Shown in pieces: positions 1-6,192 of a stretch of DNA of 7,227 nt. Source of the stretch: a virus (taxonomy: Duplodnaviria; Heunggongvirae; Uroviricota; Caudoviricetes); IMG/VR virus record IMGVR_UViG_2531839586_000020, positions 1 through 7,227 of that record, one strand, 5' to 3'. Position 1 is the stretch's first letter, and every line of letters starts with the position of its first letter. The notes beneath the pieces were generated by a model. It was not told where the DNA came from. It was given only the letters and a program-made list of their open reading frames with translations, and ran no database searches. Position numbers and translations under genes: made by a program.

Positions 1-492
1 AACTCCGGGACGCTCAACAACGTCACGATTAACGAGAACTGTCGGGTTCTGGGAAAACTGTCCGCGAACCAGATTGAAGGCGATCTCGTTAAAACAGTGG
101 GCAAAGCTTTCCCCCGGGACTCCCGTGCACCGGAGCGGTGGCCATCAGGAACCATTACCGTCAGGGTTTATGACGATCAGCCGTTTGACCGGCAGATTGT
201 TATTCCGGCGGTGGCATTCAGCGGCGCTAAACATGAGAAAGAGCATACTGATATTTACTCCTCATGCCGTCTGATAGTACGGAAAAACGGTGCTGAAATT
301 TATAACCGTACCGCGCTGGATAATACGCTGATTTACAGTGGTGTTATTGATATGCCTGCCGGTCACGGTCACATGACACTGGAGTTTTCGGTGTCAGCAT
401 GGTTGGTAAATGACTGGTATCCCACAGCAAGTATCAGCGATTTGCTGGTTGTGGTGATGAAGAAAGCCACCGCAGGCATCAGTATCAGCTGA
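1..492 (+). CDS. J: Tail tip / host specificity protein J, C-terminal 163 codons (5' end outside window)
   Basis: Frame 1 is open from position 1 to TGA at 490-492. Translation ends ...[89 protein letters not shown], which matches my recollection of the lambda J C-terminal receptor-binding end. The ORF track starts at an internal GTG (97) but the frame is open upstream to the window edge. Confidence 0.9.
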   Translation, partial: NSGTLNNVTINENCRVLGKLSANQIEGDLVKTVGKAFPRDSRAPERWPSGTITVRVYDDQPFDRQIVIPAVAFSGAKHEKEHTDIYSSCRLIVRKNGAEIYNRTALDNTLIYSGVIDMPAGHGHMTLEFSVSAWLVNDWYPTASISDLLVVVMKKATAGISIS

Positions 493-511
493 ATTTTATA
501 ACCCCAATACG

Positions 512-535
512 GGCGCCAGAAATGGCGCCTTTTTT
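512..535 (+). terminator. Rho-independent terminator downstream of J
   Basis: Perfect hairpin GGCGCC (512-517) / loop AGAAAT / GGCGCC (524-529), followed by a T6 run (530-535). Sits 20 nt after the J stop. Confidence 0.6.
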
Positions 536-559
536 ATTGCAGAAAAGCGAGAGGTAATT

Positions 560-1140
560 ATGCGTAAAGTTTATGCAGCCATTTTGTCCGCAGCCATCTG
601 TCTGGCCGTATCCGGTGCGCCTGCATGGGCGTCTGAGCAGCAGGCCACACTGAGCGCAGGGTATCTTCATGCCCGTACGAACGCTCCCGGCAGCGATAAT
701 CTGAACGGGATTAACGTGAAATACCGTTATGAGTTTACGGACACCTGGGGCTGAACGTCTTCAGTATGCAGGAAGATGAGCAAAAAACGCATTACAGCGA
801 TACCCGCTGGCATGAGATTCCGTCGTAACCGCTGGTTCAGCGTATGGCGGGCCGTCTGTGCGCGTGAATGAATGGTTCAGCGCGTATGCGATGGCGGGTG
901 TGGCTTACAGCCGTGTGTCGACTTTCTCCGGGGATTATCTCGTACTGACAACAAGGGGAAAAGCACGATGTGCTGACCGGAAGTGATGACGGTCGCCACA
1001 GCAACACGTCTCTGGCGTGGGGGGCTGGCGTGCAGTTTAACCCGACCGAATCCGTGGCCATTGATATTGCTTATGAAGGCTCCGGCAGTGGTGACTGGCG
1101 CACTGACGGTTTCATCGTGGGTGTCGGTTATAAATTCTGA
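560..1140 (+). pseudogene. lom: lom (outer membrane protein Lom, Ail/OmpX family moron), frame-disrupted
   Basis: RBS GAGAGG (549-554) then ATG at 560. Frame 2 gives MRKVYAAILSAAICLAVSGAPAWASEQQATLSAGYLHARTNAPGSDNLNGINVKYRYEFTDTWG, then TGA at 752-754. Lom-like peptide then continues in shifting frames: SDTRWHE (frame 1, about 796-816), RRNRWFSV (frame 2, 821-844), VRVNEWFSAYAMAGVAYSRVSTFSGDYL (frame 3, 858-941), and KHDVLTGSDDGRHSNTSLAWGAGVQFNPTESVAIDIAYEGSGSGDWRTDGFIVGVGYKF (frame 1, 961-1137) ending at TGA 1138-1140. Span 581 nt is not a multiple of 3. Identity is confident; the pseudogene call assumes the sequence is accurate. Confidence 0.75.
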
Positions 1141-1167
1141 TTAGCCAGGTAACACAGTGTTATGACA

Positions 1168-1193
1168 GCCCGCCGGTTCAGGCGGGCTTTTTT
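1168..1193 (+). terminator. Rho-independent terminator downstream of lom
   Basis: Hairpin GCCCGCC (1168-1174) / loop GGTTCA / GGCGGGC (1181-1187), followed by a T6 run (1188-1193). Immediately precedes the stf RBS and start. Confidence 0.6.
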
Positions 1194-1775
1194 GTGGGGT
1201 GAATATGGCAGTAAAGATTTCAGGTGTACTGAAAGACGGCACAGGAAAACCGGTACAGAACTGCACAATCCAGCTGAAAGCAAAACGTAACAGCACCACG
1301 GTGGTGGTGAACACGCTGGCCTCAGAAAATCCGGATGAAGCCGGGCGTTACAGCATGGACGTTGAGTACGGCAGTACAGCGTTATTCTGTTGGTGGAAGG
1401 TTCCCGCCGTCACATGCCGGGACCATCACGTGTATGAAGATTCCACCGGTACGCTGAATGATTTTCTCGGTGCCATGACGGAGGATGATGCCGTCCGAGG
1501 CACTGCGCCGTTTGACTGATGGTGGAAGAGTGGCGCGTAACGCGTCCGGGTGGCACAGAACACGGCAGCCGCAAGAAGTCAGCCAGGATGCCGGCACATC
1601 GCCGTGAGGCGGCAACCCATGCGACTGATGCTCAGGCTCAGCACGGCAGCCAGCACTCAGCCGGCAGGCCGCGCGTCGGCTCAGTCAGCTCTTCCAGCGC
1701 AGGAACGGCATCAACAAAGGCTGAAGCATCAAAAGTGCTGCGCTGCAGAGTCCTCAAAAAGCGCGGCAGCTACCA

Positions 1776-4007
1776 GTGCCGTGCGGCGAAAACGTCAGAA
1801 ACGAATGCGGCAGCGTCACAACAATCGCAGCCACTTCTGCATCCCCGCGACCACGAAGCGTCAGAAGCGCCACCTCAGCCCGGGATGCGGCGGCCTCAAA
1901 AGAGGCAGCGAAATCATCAGAAACGAACGCATCATCAAGCGCCAGTAGTGCCGCTTCCTCGGCAACGGCGGCAGGAAATTCCGCGAAGGCGGCAAAAACG
2001 TCCGAGACGAACGCCAGGTCTTCTGAAACGGCAGCGGGACAGAGCGCCTCAGCTGCGGCAGGCTCAAAAACAGCGGCTGCGTCGTCTGCCAGTGCCGCAT
2101 CAACAAGTGCCGGGCAGGCCTCAGCCAGTGCCACCGCTGCCGGAAAGTCGGCAGAAAGTGCCGCATCGTCTGCTTCAACAGCCACAACGAAGGCTGGCGA
2201 AGCCACTGAACAGGCCAGCGCAGCAGCGAGGTCAGCTTCCGCAGCGAAGACATCCGAAACGAACGCGAAAGCGTCGGAAACCCGTGCAGAATCCTCAAAA
2301 ACGGCTGCCGCATCGTCAGCCAGTTCGGCGGCGTCATCGGCATCATCGGCGTCTGCTTCAAAAGATGAGGCGACCATACAGGCGTCAGCAGCGAAGGGCA
2401 GCGCCACGACGGCATCCACGAAGGCGACAGAGGCTGCTGGTAGTGCGACGGCAGCAGCTCAGAGCAAAAGTACGGCGGAATCTGCAGCAACGCGCGCTGA
2501 GACAGCGGCAAAACGGGCAGAGGATATTGCATCCGCCGTGGCGCTTGAGGATGCGAGCACGACGAAAAAGGGGATAGTACAGCTCAGTAGTGCGACTAAC
2601 AGCACGTCTGAAACGCTGGCGGCAACGCCAAAGGCAGTAAAATCAGCCTATGACAATGCAGAGAAACGTCTGCAGAAAGACCAGAACGGCGCTGATATAC
2701 CCGATAAGGGACGCTTCCTGAACAACATTAACGCGGTCAGTAAAACAGACTTTGCTGATAAGCGTGGTATGCGTTATGTGCGGGTTAACGCTCCTGCAGG
2801 TGCAACATCTGGAAAATATTACCCTGTTGTTGTTATGCGTTCTGCTGGCTCAGTAAGCGAACTGGCATCAAGGGTCATTATCACCACGGCAACGCGAACC
2901 GCAGGCGATCCGATGAATAACTGCGAGTTTAACGGATTTGTTATGCCTGGTGGCTGGACTGACAGGGGGCGTTATGCTTATGGAATGTTCTGGCAATATC
3001 AAAACAATGAACGAGCCATCCACTCAATAATGATGAGTAATAAGGGCGATGATTTGCGCTCTGTGTTCTATGTTGATGGCGCTGCTTTCCCTGTTTTTGC
3101 GTTTATCGAAGATGGCCTGTCAATATCCGCACCTGGTGCTGATCTCGTTGTTAATGATACGACCTATAAGTTTGGGGCAACAAATCCGGCGACTGAATGT
3201 ATCGCGGCGGACGTTATCCTTGATTTTAAGAGTGGGCGTGGTTTTTATGAGTCTCATTCGTTAATCGTTAACGATAACTTGTCGTGCAAAAAACTTTTTG
3301 CCACAGACGAAATTGTAGCGCGTGGTGGTAATCAGATTCGAATGATAGGTGGGGAGTATGGGGCATTATGGCGTAATGATGGCGCTAAAACTTACCTGCT
3401 GCTTACCAATCAAGGTGATGTTTATGGTGGCTGGAATACATTAAGACCGTTTGCTATTGATAACGCAACCGGCGAACTGGTTATTGGAACCAAACTGTCC
3501 GCAAGTCTGAACGGTAATGCATTAACAGCAACAAAGCTGCAAACGCCAAGACGGGTTTCTGGTGTTGAGTTTGATGGTTCCAAAGATATTACTTTAACCG
3601 CCGCGCATGTGGCTGCTTTTGCCAGAAGGGCAACGGATACATATGCCGATGCGGATGGTGGCGTTCCCTGGAATGCCGAATCAGGCGCTTATAATGTCAC
3701 CCGCTCTGGCGACAGCTATATTCTGGTTAACTTCTATACCGGAGTCGGAAGTTGCCGGACCTTGCAGATGAAGGCGCATTACAGAAATGGTGGTCTGTTC
3801 TACCGTTCTTCAAGAGACGGTTATGGTTTTGAGGAAGACTGGGCAGAAGTTTATACCTCGAAAAATCTTCCACCAGAAAGCTACCCAGTCGGCGCACCAA
3901 TCCCGTGGCCATCAGATACCGTTCCGTCTGGTTATGCCCTGATGCAGGGGCAGACTTTTACAAATCTGCCTACCCGAAACTTGCAGCCGCTTATCCGTCA
4001 GGCGTGA
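1776..4007 (+). CDS. stf: stf central fragment: longest intact ORF of the disrupted side tail fibre gene (Ala/Ser-rich shaft repeats plus distinct central domain). The ATG at 1776 is probably not a real start
   Basis: 743-codon ORF in frame 3. Contains [24 protein letters not shown]..., [44 protein letters not shown] and ...[21 protein letters not shown], all recalled as Stf-like. The last 16 codons (after about 3960) are out-of-frame read-through. Confidence 0.6.
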   Translation: MPCGENVRNECGSVTTIAATSASPRPRSVRSATSARDAAASKEAAKSSETNASSSASSAASSATAAGNSAKAAKTSETNARSSETAAGQSASAAAGSKTAAASSASAASTSAGQASASATAAGKSAESAASSASTATTKAGEATEQASAAARSASAAKTSETNAKASETRAESSKTAAASSASSAASSASSASASKDEATIQASAAKGSATTASTKATEAAGSATAAAQSKSTAESAATRAETAAKRAEDIASAVALEDASTTKKGIVQLSSATNSTSETLAATPKAVKSAYDNAEKRLQKDQNGADIPDKGRFLNNINAVSKTDFADKRGMRYVRVNAPAGATSGKYYPVVVMRSAGSVSELASRVIITTATRTAGDPMNNCEFNGFVMPGGWTDRGRYAYGMFWQYQNNERAIHSIMMSNKGDDLRSVFYVDGAAFPVFAFIEDGLSISAPGADLVVNDTTYKFGATNPATECIAADVILDFKSGRGFYESHSLIVNDNLSCKKLFATDEIVARGGNQIRMIGGEYGALWRNDGAKTYLLLTNQGDVYGGWNTLRPFAIDNATGELVIGTKLSASLNGNALTATKLQTPRRVSGVEFDGSKDITLTAAHVAAFARRATDTYADADGGVPWNAESGAYNVTRSGDSYILVNFYTGVGSCRTLQMKAHYRNGGLFYRSSRDGYGFEEDWAEVYTSKNLPPESYPVGAPIPWPSDTVPSGYALMQGQTFTNLPTRNLQPLIRQA

Positions 4008-4585
4008 TCCCTGATATGCGTGGCTGGACGATTAAGGGCAAACCCGCCAGTGGTCGGGCCGTATTGTCTCAGGAACAGGACGGCATTAAATCGCATACCC
4101 ACAGCGCCAGCGCATCCAGTACGGATTTGGGGACGAAAACCACATCGTCGTTTGATTACGGCACTAAATCCACGAATAACACCGGGGCGCATACGCACAG
4201 TCTGAGTGGCTCTACGGGGTCTGCCGGTGTTCATACTCATGGTAATGGTATTCGTTGGCCAGGAGGCGGCGGTTCTGCGTTAGCATTTTATGATGGCGGT
4301 GGGTTCACTTATGTCCAGAATTCACAGTATCAAGTAAGCCCGGAGACTTCTTCCTATAGATCGTATTATCAACGTATTCAGACACAGTCAGCAGGTGCTC
4401 ATACCCACTCGCTGTCTGGTACTGCAGCAAGTTCTGGCGCACATGCACATACTGTAGGTATTGGTGCGCATACGCACTCCGTTGCGATTGGTTCACATGG
4501 ACACACCATCACCGTTAACGCTGCGGGTAACGCGGAAAACACCGTCAAAAACATCGCATTTAACTATATTGTGAGGCTTGCATAA
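3905..4585 (+). CDS. stf: stf C-terminal fragment (His-rich repeat region, receptor-binding / Tfa-dependent tip); the first roughly 18 codons are out-of-frame overlap
   Basis: Frame 2 ORF. From about 3962 it reads [52 protein letters not shown]...GAHTHSLSG...[49 protein letters not shown], matching the recalled lambda Stf C-terminus. Stop TAA at 4583-4585. Confidence 0.6.
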   Translation: MAIRYRSVWLCPDAGADFYKSAYPKLAAAYPSGVIPDMRGWTIKGKPASGRAVLSQEQDGIKSHTHSASASSTDLGTKTTSSFDYGTKSTNNTGAHTHSLSGSTGSAGVHTHGNGIRWPGGGGSALAFYDGGGFTYVQNSQYQVSPETSSYRSYYQRIQTQSAGAHTHSLSGTAASSGAHAHTVGIGAHTHSVAIGSHGHTITVNAAGNAENTVKNIAFNYIVRLA

Positions 4586-5169
4586 TGGCATTCAGAATGA
4601 GTGAACAAGCACGGACCATAAAAATTTATAATCTGCTGGCCGGAACTAATGAATTTATTGGTGAAGGTGACGCATATATTCCGCCTCATACAGGTCTGCC
4701 AGCAAACAGTACCGATATTGCACCACCAGATATTCCGGCAGGCTTCGTGGCTGTTTTCAACAGTGATGAGGCATCGTGGCATCTCGTTGAAGACCATCGG
4801 GGTAAAACGGTTTATGACGTGGCTTCCGGCGACGCGTTATTTATTTCTGAACTTGGCTCGTTACCGGAAAATGTCACCTGGTTATCGCCGGAAGGGGAAT
4901 ATCAGAAGTGGAACGGCACAGCCTGGGTGAAGGATACGGAAGCAGAAAAACTGTTCCGGATCCGGGAGGCGGAAGAAACAAAAAACAGCCTGATGCAGGT
5001 AGCCAGTGAGCATATAGCGCCACTTCAGGATGCTGTAGATCTGGAGATCGCAACGGAGGAAGAAACCTCATTGCTGGAAGCCTGGAAAAAATATCGGGTG
5101 TTGCTGAACCGTGTTAATACAACAACTGCACCTGATATTGAGTGGCCGGAAGAACCAGACACAATGTAA
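4585..5169 (+). CDS. tfa: Tail fibre assembly protein Tfa (194 aa), intact
   Basis: ATG at 4585 overlaps the stf stop (TAATG); RBS GAGG at 4573-4576. Translation [91 protein letters not shown]... is near-identical to recalled lambda Tfa (orf-194) and the same length. Stop TAA at 5167-5169. Confidence 0.92.
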   Translation: MAFRMSEQARTIKIYNLLAGTNEFIGEGDAYIPPHTGLPANSTDIAPPDIPAGFVAVFNSDEASWHLVEDHRGKTVYDVASGDALFISELGSLPENVTWLSPEGEYQKWNGTAWVKDTEAEKLFRIREAEETKNSLMQVASEHIAPLQDAVDLEIATEEETSLLEAWKKYRVLLNRVNTTTAPDIEWPEEPDTM

Positions 5170-5172
5170 GCG

Positions 5173-5219
5173 AAAAAGAAAAACCGCAGACACGACGTAT
5201 GCAGGACGTGCTGCGGTTT
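5173..5219. terminator. GC-rich hairpin between convergent tfa (+) and the minus-strand cassette; candidate bidirectional intrinsic terminator, stronger for the minus strand
   Basis: Stem CCGCAG(A)CACG (5184-5194) pairs with CGTGCTGCGG (5207-5216) around a 12-nt loop. On the minus strand the hairpin is followed by TTTTTCTTTTT (complement of 5173-5183); on the plus strand only TTT follows (5217-5219). Confidence 0.45.
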
Positions 5220-5335
5220 GGCTAGTAAACTTTTGATAGTGCGAGTATTGAATGATTTCCAGCCCATTACTCATTTTACGCTTTTCACGCGCAAGAGAAA
5301 TTGAACTTTATTCCTCTGTCACCACATGACGGGGA

Positions 5336-6094
5336 TTAACATTCTGGATTTTTTATTTCTAAATCAGATAAAGCATTAATTCTTATTTTTTCTAAGGCTT
5401 TATCCATGGCCCCCTTGATTCTGTATCCATAATCATCCGGTTCTTCATATTCCTGTGGGGACGGATTTGTACCAATATTCTCAATTAATTCATTTAAAAT
5501 AACTGTTACTTCTTTATTAAGAAGAACTGCTTTAGTTAACATCATCTCTGTTAATGCTGTGAAGGCTAGGCTAAGTTTCTGTTGTAGCTCTTTATTTTTT
5601 AATTTAAGATCTTCATCGTTTAGTGCTTTATCACGGTCTTCGTGAGCCTGTTGTACTTCATCCCAAAACAGCTTTTCTTGTTCTTGATTAAAATATCCTT
5701 GATAACTATTGGCTACATATGTTGGCATCATGTGAATCTCAATAATTTCAAATTCATTATCAGCCCATTTTTTTATACTAAGTAACTGAGTGTAAATGTA
5801 CTCATACATATCGTACTTTTTTTGCCAGATTTGTTGAGAAATCCACAACTCAGAAGTAATCTTTTTTTCTATATCTTTGATAGTTGTTGTATTTAATGCT
5901 AACTGCTTTCTGAGTATTTCATAGTTAGCGTTGGTAGCAGAAATTTTTGCTTTTTCAGTTATAAAAGAAACAATAAAGTTCACTATGAGAGCTGCAATAA
6001 TAATAGCGAAGCTCAACCCTAAAATCTCTGTGGTTGAGAAATTAGATGACTGTAATGCTTTGATAAGTTCAAAAAACTGTTTTTCTGTGAGCAT
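5336..6094 (-). CDS. Hypothetical single-pass membrane protein (252 aa), AT-rich cargo gene B; function unknown
   Basis: 759-nt ORF in roughly 32% GC DNA (sample counts), where long ORFs are unlikely by chance. ATG at 6094-6092 is preceded on the minus strand by AAGGT about 5 nt upstream. Hydrophobic stretch ILGLSFAIIIAALIVNFIVSFI (residues about 24-45) then a charged, probably helical domain (...EDRDKALNDEDLKLKNKELQQKLSLAF...). No recognisable catalytic motif. Confidence 0.75.
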   Translation of the reverse strand: MLTEKQFFELIKALQSSNFSTTEILGLSFAIIIAALIVNFIVSFITEKAKISATNANYEILRKQLALNTTTIKDIEKKITSELWISQQIWQKKYDMYEYIYTQLLSIKKWADNEFEIIEIHMMPTYVANSYQGYFNQEQEKLFWDEVQQAHEDRDKALNDEDLKLKNKELQQKLSLAFTALTEMMLTKAVLLNKEVTVILNELIENIGTNPSPQEYEEPDDYGYRIKGAMDKALEKIRINALSDLEIKNPEC

Positions 6095-6165
6095 GGTACC
6101 TTACCAAAAATTAAGACTGTTATCTATATAAAAATGTTACCCAAGAGGGATTGTAATGAAATAAC

Positions 6166-6187
6166 AAACCGGCACATTGGCCGGTTT
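6166..6187 (-). terminator. Hairpin directly after the stop of gene A; candidate intrinsic terminator or attenuator between the two cargo genes
   Basis: Perfect 8-bp stem AAACCGGC (6166-6173) / 6-nt loop / GCCGGTTT (6180-6187). On the minus strand it begins 5 nt after the gene A stop and is followed by GTTATTTCATT (U-rich). The stem has only 5 G:C pairs, so strength is uncertain. Confidence 0.4.
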
Positions 6188-6192
6188 GAAGT

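Larger units (their letters stand above)
1205..4585 (+). pseudogene. stf: Side tail fibre gene stf (lambda Stf family, long about 1126-codon variant), interrupted by multiple frame changes
   Basis: ATG at 1205 preceded by GGGGTG. Frame 2 gives MAVKISGVLKDGTGKPVQNCTIQLKAKRNSTTVVVNTLASENPDEAGRYSMDVEYG (lambda Stf N-terminus). Homology then hops frames: frame 1 about 1372-1426, frame 2 1427-1492 (VYEDSTGTLNDFLGAMTEDDA), frame 1 MVEEW at 1519, frame 2 AQNTAAARSQPG near 1550 and [13 protein letters not shown] near 1750, frame 1 [15 protein letters not shown] near 1785, then frame 3 continuously from about 1830 to 3959 (ORF 1776-4007), then frame 2 from about 3953 to TAA at 4583-4585 (ORF 3905-4585). 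Start and stop are in the same frame, so the disruptions are internal. Confidence 0.8.

Noticed and set aside
74-274. 66-aa ORF starting at TTG inside J
   Set aside because: Out-of-frame overlap with the clearly conserved J reading frame.
837-1061. 74-aa minus-strand ORF
   Set aside because: Antisense to lom; no supporting signals.
1754-2532. Two long minus-strand ORFs (1754-2419, 221 aa; 1861-2532, 223 aa)
   Set aside because: Antisense to the stf repeat tract; low-complexity Ala/Asp/Phe-rich or Leu/Pro-rich translations typical of spurious ORFs opposite GC-rich repeats; no RBS context examined that would support them.
1519-2577. 352-aa plus-strand ORF, extremely Arg/Gln/Pro-rich (and the overlapping 1550-1948 ORF)
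   Set aside because: Alternative-frame reading of the GC-rich Ala/Ser repeat region of stf; only short stretches match Stf where the true frame passes through it. Not an independent gene.
3049-3264. 71-aa plus-strand ORF; also 3727-3912 (-), 3998-4240 (-), 4020-4205 (+), 4305-4496 (-)
   Set aside because: All lie inside stf in other frames or antisense; the stf frame-3 and frame-2 translations are the conserved ones.
3950-3970. Programmed translational frameshift joining the stf frame-3 and frame-2 segments
   Set aside because: No slippery heptamer or obvious downstream stimulatory structure at the junction; comparison with recalled lambda Stf points to a simple 1-nt deletion.
1370-4585. 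Diversity-generating retroelement or invertible-segment (Pin/Gin-type) variation of the tail fibre
   Set aside because: No reverse transcriptase, template repeat, invertase gene or inverted crossover sites in the window; the variation seen is indels breaking the frame, not A-specific substitutions or segment inversion.
4564-5274. Small ORFs overlapping tfa (4564-4797 -, 4649-4930 +, 4874-5071 -, 5025-5267 -, 5068-5274 -)
   Set aside because: tfa is intact and near-identical in length and sequence to recalled lambda Tfa; the overlapping ORFs are out-of-frame or antisense by-products.
5931-6131. 66-aa plus-strand ORF, and 6484-6666 / 6512-6748 plus-strand ORFs
   Set aside because: Antisense to the long minus-strand cargo ORFs; short, with no independent support.
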